Below are positions 24,286 to 37,600 of a stretch of DNA of 64,000 nucleotides, one piece after another. The notes under the pieces were generated by a model. That model was not told where the DNA came from. It did not search any database and was given only the letters and a program-made list of their open reading frames with translations. This stretch comes from Camelus dromedarius. Its lineage: Eukaryota. Each line of letters starts with the position of its first letter. Position 1 is the stretch's first letter. Position numbers and translations under genes: made by a program. The stretch spans positions 64,854,001 through 64,918,000 of the forward strand of contig NC_087437.1 in assembly GCF_036321535.1 (NCBI RefSeq), in the 5' to 3' direction.

Positions 24286-27027
24286 CTAAAAATGAACCCA
24301 AGTTTTCAATCAGCCAGGCAGGTTGATTATAAAAGCTTTATAATTACTGCTCTTCTCTTTATTGACATGCCAGCATCTCCCCAGGGCTCTATAGCCAGAG
24401 GAGTCGGAAATCCACCATGTGAAGCCACAGAAGGTCCCAGTCTCGGGGCCTCAGCAGCTGACTGAGAAGCAAGCCAGTGCCTTTGGCCAGATGCCTGGAC
24501 TGAGCTGCCTTGCCTTTCCTTCCTGTAGGCCGGGCTGACAATGACTGTGATCTAAAAGAGGGTCAGCTTGGCCCTTGGTTCTGCAATCTGGGTAATGTAC
24601 CTATGCTGAGGCTCTGAATGTGCAGTCATCTGGGCAGCATCCTGATTCCTCAGCTCCTTATGTGATCAGGCCCCAGGTCTCGAAGCTTCCCTTGTAGTAA
24701 TTCCTCCATCCGCTATCATCTCTAGATCAGGCTCCAGACACCTCTCTCCCGGGAAACATAACAGCCTCCTCACAGGCCTCCTACCTCCAGTTTTGTTTGT
24801 TTTTCCTACGGAGATCACAGTGGACTTCCTCAAGCATGGCTTTTAGCATATCTCACCTACTAGAAGACCTTTGACATCTCTTCATGCCCTGAGTGATCAG
24901 AGTCCGAATCATCTCCTGGGAGGTCAGATTTACTTCTTTGCATAAGAACTCCTAAGTTTCCATGAAGTTGAAAAACAGGCTTTGGGTCAAGGGGTGGAAA
25001 CTTAGAACTGAGTGGCCCACTTCATAGACATTTATGGAAACAGTTCTGGTAGTTAATCTCAAATTACAGGAAAATAGGACCAGCTGACTTCCCACTGGCT
25101 TAGCCACAGTTTGTGGACACATGTCCTGTTCCTGGGACCTTCAGAAAAGGAGTGGTTGGCATGGTAGGCCACATCCAACACTTTGAGTCTGTCCCAGGTA
25201 TCCCATGTGAGCCTGTTTGGAGTTCCTAGTAAGGTGGGGGGCAATTATACTTGTTAATATGGAGACTGCTATCTTTTGATACCCAAAAGGGTTCTTTGAT
25301 GCAGGGCCTAACCTATCTCTGATCTAGCCATAGAGCAGGGACAGAGAGAGGCAAGCCCTGTCTTCCTGAGGCAGCTAGAGCTGAAACGTTTCTGAAGCCG
25401 CTGGCAGCGGGGAAGGTTTTGGCAGCAGGTGAGAAGCAGGTGAAAGCTGAGCCCTGACGGACTATAGCGGTGGCAGGGCCCTGCTCCTTCTGTTCCTTTG
25501 TAGCCCGTGGGAGCCATGGCTGAGGGCCGCAGGGCATGTCCTGTGTGGTGATGTTGTCAGATCCAGGAAGGTGCTGAACTTCAGGGCAGTGTGGGATAGG
25601 CTTCTATCAGGCCAAGAGAGGCTACACTAGAAGCAACCAGGACAGGCTGGGTGACCTCGCCATTTACTGGACTCTCAAGAGTTGGAGGTGTCTGATCAGA
25701 AGGAAACCAACACCAGGAGAGGGGACTGGCTCACTGGTACAGCGAAGCTGGCTGGTAGGGACTGGCCTCGGGGATTGTCTGTTTGAACAATGAGGCACCA
25801 GATGAGAGGGGGCATCAGAGTCAGAGGATAGAGCAAGGAGCTGGATGGATGCCTTAGGAGGAGGCAGACCAAGAGCTGGAGGAGAGGCCGAGGCAAGCAG
25901 AAGGCAGATGGGTGGGGGGAGTGTTCGGGATCAGAACAAGCACTGGTGAGGGCAGTGTGGGTGCAGATTGCCTTTATTCCAGAAGAGAATCTTGCAGTTT
26001 CTGCTCCTCAAGAGTGACGTTTCAAATGTGGATGTATTCCAGGGCAAAGCCAGGACTCTAAAACGGCAGGCTCCTGTGAGTGGACACTGCTTGGTTTCCA
26101 CCCTTTCCTCCAGCGGGACTGGTCCCTGTGCTACACTGTCAACATGCCACAAGCATCTCTGCTTCTGTGTTCCCTTGACCCATGGGTACTGGTGCCACCA
26201 CCACTGCCTGAGTGCGTGGCAGATACTACTCATTGATTGTGGCCCTCTCACCTCCCAAGCCTGAATACTGTTTCAGAATTTTTCTTTCTGTTCAGGAAGC
26301 CATTACAAATTTGAGTTCCTGTCATCTCTTGACCACATTATCAAGCCCAAGTATTTCAGTAATGTATGGTAATATAAAGTCACACGTCATTTAGGAAGCC
26401 TTTACTGACCCTCAAGGAACTTGCCTATTTCTGAATGCCTGTAAAACTTACTGTCAGTCACTCTTGTTTTTAAATTTAGTCACATCTTTCCACAGGATAT
26501 AATTTAGATTCCAATTCAGTCTTTTAAAAATCCAATTTACCACGTGTGTACATCACAGGATTAGAAGGTCCTTGAGGGCAGAGAGCATGTCTTATACCTT
26601 TTGGTTTTCTCCACTGCAACCAACAATGTCTAGAATGGTTCCGTACTCATAACAAGTGCTGTATTTCTGTATGCATGCATGGTGTGCATGCATGCGTGTG
26701 TATGTGTTTTAATGAATGGAAGACTTCTAGCCTGGAGGAATCCTGCATTTTCTGACCTAAGGTTCAGAATCTTCTATCCAAAGGTAGCCTAAAAAACTGG
26801 ATTAGCGTCAGGGCCAAGAACATGCTTCCTCAAGTGCAGCATAAGTTCATAGCCTTCTGGACCTTGTAGCACTCAGATGAAACAGGAGCCCTCTGTCTGG
26901 ATCTTTCCTGACAGTCTCATAAAATGGCCCAGTTGGAGGTTTCCTGGCAAGCAGAGGACATTGGATGATCTACCTTAACCATCTGTGTATACACCAGATA
27001 AAAGAAAGTCTGGGGAAGCAGGCTTAC

Positions 27028-27333
27028 CTATATTGTAAGGTAGGGAGAAAAGTGTCTTCGTTGGCTCAAGCTGCAGGACACAGAAGATGCTCACATTTGT
27101 TTCAGGAGGGATGGAGAAAGACATGCTGATAGAAACACTGTACAGTTCTGTGATGTTATTTTGAGATTTCTTCATAACAGCATCATACTCGGTGGTTGAA
27201 TTCTTAGTTTTTAGCAAAGTATACATCTTTTGAGGTTCTGGATAGCCTTGTGTAGATGAGCAGTTCAAATTTATGATGTTAGAATTTTCTGTTTGATTAG
27301 AAATTAGACTTATTTCTGGTTGACTGAAGTTAG
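27028..27333 (-). CDS. CD86: CD86 IgC-domain exon
   Basis: Acceptor ctattctgctttcag, donor gtaagc, 306 nt. Encodes (A)NFSQPEI...NLNCSSTQGYPEPQKM...NVSIFCVLQLEPTKTLFSLPYNI with both Ig cysteines. Confidence 0.97.
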
Positions 27334-27825
27334 CTGAAAGCAGAATAGAGATACCAAAAAAGAAAAAAATTCAGTCTAAATTTAGATGTATTTAGAAGGG
27401 AACAGCAAATAATGAGGTGCCAGATCTGATCTGGGAACTCACTGGAGGAACACCTGGAAGCCTCAGGGTCTAAACTGCAGGCCTCAGGCCACCTCACATT
27501 TATTTTTCAAAAATGGAGTTTGAGGCCGTGCTTACTTCCTGCTTGCCCAAATCAGTGAGGTGCTCTCTGCGCAACAGAGGGGCTGGCCTCGTCTGCCAGC
27601 TGAACCCCTTACTCTTCTGTAGTCACTAGGTACTCTGCAAGTTCTACATACCAATTTAAAATTTAGTATACCACTTCTAACGCTTCAGTGGTTTGTATGC
27701 CGTCTCGACAAGTTTTGCTCTGTCAACACATTACTTAAGCACTCTGCTTGTACGTGATGTGGCCTGTACAAGGTGGATTGCCATGGTGCTACTTACTTTA
27801 GACCTCATTAGCAATAATTAATCTG

Positions 27826-28335
27826 GATCTAGTAATTCCACATCTGGGTGTCTGCCCTAGAGAAATGAAAACTTAAGTTTACACAAAAACTTGAACGTGA
27901 ATGTTTACAGCAGCTCTGTTCATAACAGCCCCAAACTGGAAACAACTCATTATCTTTCCGTGGATTGAGTGGATAAACAAAAATGCTACTCAATAATAAG
28001 AAGGAAGAGACTTTTGATACATGCAACACCTTGGATGACTCTCAAAGGCATTATATTGAATAAAAGAAGCTGGTCTTAAAAGGTTACAAATTGTATGAGT
28101 TCATTTATGTGACATTCACATGAAGACAAGACTACAGGATGCAAAACAGGGGTTATGGGTATGGAAAGGGTATGACTATAAGGGTATAGCATGGGGAAAT
28201 TTTTTTTAGTTTGCTGAAATGATTTGTAGTCTGTTTCTACTGCTGGTTACGTAAATCTATACGTAAGTTCAAATTAACAGAACTGTATACCAAAATTAAA
28301 ATAATTAATTTTACTGTATTGTAATTAAAAAAAAT
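27826..28335 (+). mobile_element. L1MB-like 3' fragment
   Basis: GATCTAGTAATTCCACATCTGGG...GAATGTTTACAGCAGCTCTGTTCATAACAGCCCCAAACTGGAAACAAC...AATTTTACTGTAT, A-rich end. Confidence 0.8.
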
Positions 28336-28900
28336 CTATAGTGACAAGTTTTTCAAGGCCTAGGAAAACAGAGGAGCTGGTTTGTCAGCTTTCAGATTGT
28401 GTGCCTTGGGTTAATTCCCTTCTGTCTACTGGGCTCATGGTTGGCAACCAACAAGTCATAAGCAGTCTTCAGGAGGCTGAAGGGAAAACCCAAATCAGTC
28501 AGCTGACTCTGGTGCTAGGAGCTCCAGGCAAAGATTTAGTAGATGAGAAATCTTGGACCAAAGGAGAAAATGAATGAAAAGAGAATGAGACCTATATGGC
28601 TCATATAAACTTCATAATGGCCAATTTACCCATGGTTTTCACTTAGCCACACTGCCTTGGTTTAGTTAGCTCTAGTTGGTCCCCAAAGTAGATTCTTACA
28701 GATCCCTTAGAACTATAAAAAAATACAAAGGACTTTTAGTTCCCTACTCCCAAGCCTTGCATTCCTTTCAAATGAACTGTCCCCAAAAAGGCTGTTCGCT
28801 GCCTCTCTCTCTGGGTGGCCCCTACCCCCAAAATGTTTGTCTGCTTGTTGCAGTCTCATCTGAGAAGGTGGGGGATCTGAACACGCCATTGACTACATAC

Positions 28901-29236
28901 CAAGCACTGACAGGTCAGAACTCATATGGTAGATGGGAACCAGTCCTGTGGGCCCTTTATGATGGATGAAGCATTGATACGAGCCCTTGTCCTTGATCTG
29001 AACGTTGTGGAGTCGCAGGGTCCAATTGTCCAGGTCAAAGCTTGTGCGGCCCATGTACCTGGGATCAACGTTGTGAGGCTTCTCTTGGCCTCTGTAGAGC
29101 TCATAGAGAACCAGCTTATCCTGGTCCTGCCAAAATATCACCAGCTCGTCCAGGCTCAGGTTTTGAGAGTTTGTAAAGTGGCATGGCAGGTCTCCAGTCT
29201 CGTTGAAATATGCCTGACTTTTCAAGGAAGCAGCAC
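28901..29236 (-). CDS. CD86: CD86 IgV-domain exon (CD28/CTLA-4-binding domain)
   Basis: Acceptor ctttccttttatag, donor gtatgt, 336 nt. Encodes (G)AASLKSQAYFNETGDLPCHFTNSQNLSLDELVIFWQDQDKLVLYELYRG...SYQCFIHHKGPTGLVPIYHMSSDLSVL. Confidence 0.98.
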
Positions 29237-31341
29237 CTATAAAAGGAAAGATGGGAATTGGGGAAGGAGAAACAAGAGGCAAGGGGAAAAAGCCCAGAAA
29301 CTGCATTCCTCTCTATACCCAGATTCTGTCTTGTCAGTAATGATATTGAAGAACTAGGTGTTAAACCCTGGAACTGTGGGTACACTGGAGTCTGGAGAAG
29401 GAGACTTTTGTCCTCGCTTCGCTGCTAGCTAACTGGGTAGCCTTGTGCAAACTGCAACTCCTCTGAGGCTCGGTTTCCTTATCTGTTGAATGAAGGGGTG
29501 GACAAAATGTTCTAAGATTCTTTCCAGTATTACATTCTATGAATCTAAATCCCAGAACACGGAAAACCAGCAGCGTTAGACAATTCATTCACCCATCCAT
29601 TACCTTCCTATAACCTGAACGTTGGTTCTCTTCACTGTAGCTGTTACAGGCTCCTACATCATGGCCAAAAGCTCTCCCTTCCCCTCCCATCCCCTGACTC
29701 CTTGGCCTGCTATGGGGAAAAGATTTCTGATAATGTGATAACAAGCTTGATAGCCCCCCCCCCTTTCATTATGCCTCAGTGGTTGGGCATCACAGGAATA
29801 GTATCTTTGAAATTTGGATAGTTCCCTTTATAGAACATCCCTCATGACTGCTGCTCCCGTGGCCAGCTCTCCCAAGGATATAAGACAGTTTGGAAATGAC
29901 ACAAATTGTCAACCAAGGCCTCTATTCTGTGACCTCTCTAAGCTCTTTTCAGGGATCAGAAAGAGAACTGGGCAAATATGATGGTTGTTTTGGGACTGTG
30001 GTGGTCAAGGAACATTTAAGGTACATGAATGAAATGCTGGAAATGAATCATAAATGGGAAGGTGAGGATGTACTTTTGGAGTACCGGGGAAACCCCAAGT
30101 ACCACAAACTTGCTCTCCCCAGAATGCACTGTGCTTGGAAATTTTTGCAGCCCCTAGAGAATGTACTAAGAGAGTTCGGAGAAAGGCTTTCATCCCTGAT
30201 GGGGTATTGGGGTTTGTGAAAGGGATTTGGGTCACCTAACTCCTAAAATGTGATTGATTATAATTTTTGTAGGATCTATTCTGGGTCACAGAATTGCTTA
30301 CTACTTGGCCAAGAAATTAAGTAGTGGTGGGTAAGAAGTGCAGGGTTATGGGGGGAAAATGCTGTTTCTTAGTTAATATGAAGTGAGATATCACCTTGGG
30401 GAGGGAGTTAGGGTGGGTCCTAAATAAAGCTTTATCATCCCAGACTTCAATAAAGGAATGTTAACATTAAGGAGGAGAGGAGAGATAGGTTGGTGAGGAA
30501 GATGAGAGGAGTTTCCTTCGAGGTGCTCTTTGAGGGGCAGTAGGAGAAATTAAATTGATCTGATCAATGGTTTCTCTTCTGAGAGGGAGTAGAAGAGAAA
30601 TAATAGTGGTATGCACTTGGCAAACTTGAGCTGTGTGCAGAGTAGCCCAGTGAGAACGCATAATCAAGGGGGCTGGTGGTGGTCTTGAACTCTGCGGGAA
30701 GGAGACTCCAGGCATCAGTGAGAGTGGCACACGTTTGAATTACTGCCCATTGCATTACACTCCCTAGAACCCTGTGAAGCCCTTGAAAGTATGAAATGCA
30801 GCCTCTGTACAAGATGCATTCCCATATAGGAGGGAGGCAGGAGAAGCTACCTGGGTACCTGGAACAGTGAAAGGGGGACCTATAGAAGATTTACTGTGTT
30901 CGGTGACTATCTTACCAGGCACTCCTGGGGTGCTGCTACACCTTTGCTAAACTCTGAATGATAATGTAAGGGTGCTGCCTACTGTAAAAGCTTCTAGCAG
31001 CTATTTCTGGGGGAACATGCTGTTTTTAATCACTAATGTGCCGTATGATCTAGGGCAGATGACCTAATGGAGAAACCAAACACTTAGTTGAAAATTCTGC
31101 CAGTTAACGGTCAACATTACATTATTACTCAGCAGTCAGTTGTGCCTCTGGCCTGGAAGCCACTTTGCCTCTGGCTTCTGTCTTCCTGATTTAAGGTTGC
31201 TTCTCCACAGAGCCTCACAGTGCCTCCTCTCCTTCCCACTCACAGCTGGGTCCAGCTTCTCTGATCCAGAATTCCTCTCCCAAAGATTGTAAGGGACTTT
31301 TCTTCCACCCATCTAACTGCCCCCTTCTTCACCTACCAACC

Positions 31342-31470
31342 GAAAGTGTGGTCTGTGTTCTAAAGGCACTGGCATCACCTAGGGGCTGGCCAGAAATGCA
31401 GAATCTCTGGCCCCACCCCAGACCTTCTGAGTCAGAATCTGCATTTTAATAAGACCTTCAGTTTGAGGAT
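31342..31470. mobile_element. MER5A-like MITE
   Basis: AAAGTGTGGTC...GGCATCACCT...AGAAATGCAGAATCTC.GGCCCCACCCCAGACC...TCAGAATCTGCATTTTAA. Confidence 0.8.
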
Positions 31471-32789
31471 TTCTGCCTCTGTCTCCAGAGTGGAACAGAG
31501 ATGACGGAACAGGAAAATTTTGTTTCCATCTATCCCTCCCCAAACCCTCTCTCTTCACCCTGGGGTGGAAATCACTCTGAAGTCCATTCTGAGTGGAATT
31601 GAAAGTATTTCACAACTTACCATCCATAGTTCGTTACCAACCACTGCCTTCCATGACATCACTCAGAGCTATGCATGCTAATCACTTCTCTGACAATATG
31701 GGGAAGATTTAGCTCAAAGTCTGTTTTCCCTGAGTGTCTTCAGTCCTGCCCTGGTATGACCCCTGACCTTAGGCCACCAAGCTGCTAGACTCACTGGGTT
31801 CCATTGGGTGGGTAAGCATTGAGAGTCTCTCCCTTTCCCAGCACGTGGGCGATACAAATAGTCTGGCTCTAGTTACAACTGGTTGCTAAGCTGGTGTCAG
31901 GAGCTAGGCACTCAAGAATCCATCTAGATACCTCCCTAATCAGCCAGGGGCGTTTACTTCAATGGATACTTGAGGACTTCATCAGCAAGATACTATTTGG
32001 ATGTCTTACAAAAACTGTAGTCTTCTAACCTTGTGAGGTCTTGACCCCACCTGGGACTTCAGTCTTCCCCAAGCACCACCCCGAATGCCTGTCATATATT
32101 CTAAAGTCATCTCTTCCTCATATTATGATGCTTATCTGTACTCATGAATTTTCCTTCTTTTACTAAACTTTCTCCAAAGCCTTACTAGGCCCTCTGGAAG
32201 CCTCATTCCATTGTAGTAAACTTTTCTGTGTCTTCAACCTCTTCACTGTTTCCTCCAAGTTGTTGTGCTTTCATTGAAATCTAGTCCCACCCAAAGCGCA
32301 CCACATGCCCTCAGCCAGCTCTCCTTCTACCGTACTTCACGGGGGCCTTGAGCAACACTCTTCCCTTTTGAGGTGTTCTCTTCTCTCACTGCTGTCAGGT
32401 ACGCACCATTTGTTGCTACTTCCCTGCTCGCTGAAGACTGAGGGATTAGATGCGAGGTCTTTCTTTCCAGTCAATTATTGCTGTCAATTTGGGTGACTTT
32501 GGCACAGATGAGCTTGCTACCAACCCTGCCTCAGAGTTCTTTGCTCTTTCCCACTTCGGAGATCTTCATCACAGGCTATTTCAGCAGCCTCTTTCCCATG
32601 ACATAACCCTAAACCTTATCACCAAGAACAGCTCTGCCCCCAGATCTTAAACCTCAGCGTACCTAATTCTGTCCACAAGGTATCTTCTGCCAAGATTTGC
32701 TTTTGATTATTCTACCTACATCTGGTCTTCAACTTCATCAAGATGTCAGCTCCACCAAGTTTAGACCCTATAATTTGATACTTTCCAAA

Positions 32790-32975
32790 AGTACTCTCCG
32801 CCATGATGGAAATGTTCTATATCTGTGCTGACCAATATGGTAGTCACCAGCTGCATTGAACACTTAATAGGTAGCTAGTGTGACGGAGACACTGAATTTT
32901 GCATTTTATTTAATTTTAAATAATTTAAGCTTAAATAGCCACACATGGCTGGCAACTATCATATTGAATAACACA
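32790..32975. mobile_element. MER3-like hAT MITE
   Basis: ATGATGGAAATGTTCTATATCTGTGCTG.CCAATATGGTAG...AAATAGCCACACATGGCT. Confidence 0.75.
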
Positions 32976-33189
32976 ATGACAGTACATTTTTTCAATCTTT
33001 CTCTTTTGAGCAACTTCAGTAAATTTGCCCCTTTATGCAAGTTTTCATCCCCCCAAAATCTACTTTTTATCTACATATCTGTTCTTACAACAGAGTGAGC
33101 ACTCCTGGAGGAAATTATTCAATTATTTGGACTGGTGACATTTCAGGTGTGTAGTCTCCAGTTCCAGTTAACTTGGCCTCTGGGCACTC

Positions 33190-34630
33190 ACCCTGCTTAC
33201 CACCCTCCGCCTTCATCACAGCAGTACTTGAGGAGTACCTTCTGCTGCTGCTTTTAATTTCTCTTTCCCTTATAGTCAGACTCTCTGAAAGAGTAAGCAG
33301 CAATCACTGTTTGCACCCTCAGCTTCTGTCCCCACCTCTCTTCTGAAACTTCCCCTCATTGCCAAATACAGAACTTTTTTCAGACCTCATCTTATTTGAC
33401 CATGCTGTTGAATGTTACACTGTTGGCCGCCTTTCTTCTTGAAACTCTATTCTTTCCCAATCTCTGACATCCTGGTCAGTTTTCTCTGATCACTCCTTAA
33501 ATGGTAACTGGGGCAGGGTTGGCTCTATAGGACTTTACATGGCTGAGATGATATTTCTGTTAAGCCTAGCTTTGCTTTGATTTCATGCTCACCATGGATC
33601 CCATTATGGATATAAATATAATATATATACAGTTATGTACATTTATATATTATAGATATATAACATCTATATATGTTTTATAAAATACATAACATGTGTT
33701 ACATAAAATATGATCTGTTAAAATATATGAAGCATCATATAATGTAAAATGTAAATGTAAAATTTAAAATGTAAAACACATCATCACATGTCAAAAACTC
33801 AGCTCCTGGGAAGTCCAGGCCATCAGACTACACCAGACTACGCTGCCCACTGCCCTTCATTGCTATTTTTATCCCTCTTCCTCCCAGGCACTCTCCTTAT
33901 TTACTGAAGACCTGAGAACCTGGCTTGCTACTGCCATCTTCTCCATCACTGCCCCTGCCTAGGTGATTTCAGCCTCATGCACGTGGTGCCCAGCCCCTCA
34001 CTTTCTTGTCCTCTTTTCCTCCAGTATCCGATCATTCATTCCACCCTAGCCATCTCCTCCCTGGACCAGACCCGTGACCCTGTTGTTACCACTGCACCTC
34101 CTAAAAACTCTCAATATCAAGCATCTCACCTTGTGACCACCATCTCTTGCCTTGTTATTTCATTCTTTCTCCTACCACCACTCCATCAAGTCTCCTACCT
34201 CACTGGGATATATTATGAATTGAAACATTTCTCACTGTATCTGAAGATACTACCCTTGGCCAGCTCTCTATTACTTCTTGACTGGATAATTGCAATTGCC
34301 TCCTAACTGATCTTCCTGCTTCCATCTTTGCCCCCAAGTTCAATTCCTCAAGCCCAAATGATCCTTAAAAAAATGTATCTCAGATAAGCTTCCTGTTCAA
34401 AAGTCTCCAATGACTTCCCGCCACTCTGAAAATTATATCCAAATCCTTTCCCAACACTGAGAACTATACCATGGGAAAATCCTTCCCATGACCTGCAAGG
34501 TCATATGTAATCTGGTCCCTGGTATCTTTCAGAGCTCTTCGCTTCACTTACTCTGCCCCAGCCATACTGGCTTCCTTGTCATTCCTCCAAAAGGCCATGT
34601 TCAGTCTATCTCAAGGCCTCTCCACATCAG
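33190..34630 (+). mobile_element. L2 relics with an AT-rich low-complexity patch (33605-33780)
   Basis: CT-rich L2-like motifs (CTCATCTTATTTGACC, GCCTCCTAACTGATCTTCCTGCTTCCA, CCAGCCATACTGGCTTCCTTG). Fragmented; boundaries approximate. Confidence 0.55.
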
Positions 34631-37600
34631 TTTTAGTGCACAACCAAGAAGGCATTGCATTCTCTGCAGGGAGTTGCAGTCAAGGACTCAGCCCCCCCGG
34701 GCAGTCATGCACTTTCACATATTTACATCTGTAGCAAGCACCTTCATTCCTTGGTTTCTTTATTTGGGACCATGGGCAGAGATCTTCAGGCACCTCTGTT
34801 GAGACCTCCTTATGGTAGGAAGGAAGGAGAACCTTGGAGACACTTTTCCTCATGCAGACTTACTTCTCCCCAGCTGACTCCTAGTCCTTCCCCCTCATCC
34901 TTCCCTTGCACCTCTCCTCAGGGTCCATGAAAGTGCTGGAGCCTTTTGTCTGGGGCTCCCTCAACAATGAGAGGACCCTCATGTCTGTCCTGATCTATCT
35001 GATCCTTGACTGGCGTGCTGCACAGAGAGAGAGAGAGAAATAAAAATGTGGGAAAACACGGAGTCGTGAAGAGTTGGTCTGAGAAACTCTAGTAGTTTCT
35101 AGAAGAAGAGAATGGGAGTAATGGTAGATAAACAATATTTAAAGAGACAAAAATTCTGAATACTCAAAATTCATAAAGACATGAGTCCTCAGATCAAAAG
35201 TGCATTCTAAGTACCAAGTAAGGGAAAAGAAAAGAAATCTGCACCTAGAAATAGTGTGGTGAAGCTCCTGAGCAAAAAGCATAAAATATTTTTTCAAACT
35301 TACAAAGAGGAAGAATTGAATTGACTCTCTTCATTCTTTAAAAAATGAAGAAAGAATACCTATAAAACAATGACAATTAGAATGAAAGCTCCTTAGTAAT
35401 TATAAACCAAAGAAGACAACGGGGCACTAACTTCTGAATGAACAGAACACACACACACACAAATAAAGCAAACTACAGCATTTCAGCTCAGTGGACTGAT
35501 ACAATTTCAAAACCCATGCAAAGGAAAAGCATTTAGAAACTTGAGAAAGTGTTTGAAACAATGTTGAATAAAACCCATTCAGGGATTTAGTTTTGATCAC
35601 AACTACATACAGCTTCTTTTACTCTCTTGTCTGTTACACTGTAGTAAGTACCAGAAAAGTGATTTTTAAATAGTGTCTTTAATAGAGACATCTGTAGGAA
35701 AAAGGAATGAAAGAGAGAATGAAAGTGAAACCAAGACTGGGTAAATACTCAGTTTTTTCATAATTTTGAGGTCCTGGAACTTGGTCCTGTGGCCCACAAT
35801 GGCTATAAAGGAAGGGCTACACGTGTTTTTGTTTCCATAGATTCAGTGGTACTGAGGGGGCCAAAATCCTGAGTTGCATATTCCGGAAATGGTATTAAGA
35901 TCTTTCACAAAGGAAAAACAAGCCAGTGTCTCAAACTCTTTCTCCTTCCCAAAGCAGTCTGTCAGTCTGTCTGCCATTGGATCCTCTCTGTTCTTTACAA
36001 ATCTCACTCTTGCTCCCAATCAACCCTATACTAAGCCTATTCAGTGACCATCTTCCACTAAATTAACTTGTCTGACAGCCCGTTCTCTCTGGAACCTATT
36101 AAATACTCTTAAAATGATTAACTATTTCGGGGGTAAGTTACTCCCTACTGGGGAGCATACATGTATTTCAAAGGCACTTTAAACAGTAGCTTAACACAAA
36201 GGTGTGACTTGAATAGGAGGACTATTATGTTCCATGACAATTCTTTGGGAATTTGGGAATTAGGTCTGAACTATCTGTTCACCTCTGTGATTTTTAGTGA
36301 CCACTATCAACAGCAACAGGAAGTGGGAGTGAAAGTAACCATATAAACATAATCCTCATGCAAACACCCACATGGGAACCTGCAAAAATCTGGGGGGCAG
36401 AGGGCAGAACAGTGGACCTTTACACAAGTTGTGAAGTGAGGGTCTGAGACAATTTTATGTAAATCCTAAAGTGAAGGAAGACCCCCAACTATACTCTAGG
36501 TACTTTAACTGAACCAGAGGTATTTTTCAAGAGAAATGAGAGGTCCTAGGATCCAGAGAATCTCCAGACAATAAGAGAACAACCATCAAAAGTTAAACTA
36601 GGAAGACACTCCTGATGTGTAAGCTACTGATTTTCCAAATAACACTCTGGCTCCAGCTTTAAATGTAATCAGAGGTGATGGATAGCAGCAAAAAGAGCTG
36701 GACAGTTAGAGGCGCTTCGACAATCCTTCAGCTTTATTAATACAAAGCATAAGTTATAATCTAATTCTGCAAGTCCATGGCTGCCCTCTCGCCCTTCTAG
36801 GTTTTAAACTCTCATCCAATTTTTGTCTCATGGGCAGGGGTGGCAACTACAATGTCTAATTTCCATGACTAGGGGAGGACATAAAAGATACAAGGGAAAA
36901 AGGAGAAACAGAATTATTTCACTGTGCTGTTTTATCTCTGCTATCAAATGAATTATTCAGCTCTGCATTTTTGCTGTGGACTATCTGGTCCAATTACATC
37001 TCCTTTCTCTCTTTGGATGCCTGCCTATAGGTAGGTCACTGCTCACCGGTAAGCAGAGATGTGCCCTGAGGAGAAAGATAAAATTCAAATGGATTCGTTT
37101 TCATTCTTTAAAAAAGAATGGCATCTGTTATGTTACTGTTGTTATTTTTAATGGTGTGTGAAGTATTGGCAATGTTATTTTCTAATCAAGTGTCACCATT
37201 TTCCTAACCCACTTTAAATCTGTACTTGTCAAAATATAACCACAATTCTCCCACCACGAAAAAGCTTAAATGGTTTCCTTGGTGGGGGGAGTTATTTTTT
37301 AAGTTTCAATATTGATAACTCTCTTTTCAGAAGTTAAGAGGTGTCCAGGTAGTTTCAAACACAAGACAAAGGCAAAAGTGACACCTGGACTCATTTTTGA
37401 TGAGGTTTCTCAGCTTTCTTTTCACTTTCTGTATGCAGAGTCAGAAAGTTTGAGAGGGGTAAATGGAACCTCAGTTCAGACTTTTCCCACACTTTGTTTC
37501 CAGGCCATTTTTCTTTCTTCTCTCCCGAGTTTTAAGAGTTGGACTGGTCACTGTGATGAGAGGGGCCAGGGCCCAAGCTTTAGGCACAGCTGAAGTACCA

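Noticed and set aside
26975..27027. Read-through of the IgC exon into the intron (GKPASPDFLLSGVYTDG*) as a secreted isoform
   Set aside because: The donor is strong (AG|GTAAGC), and the nearest minus-strand AATAAA I saw is ~1 kb away; no positive evidence.
28926..29357. 143-aa plus-strand ORF antisense to the IgV exon
   Set aside because: Shadow frame of a real coding exon; it has no ATG start at 28926, no recognisable domain and no supporting gene structure.
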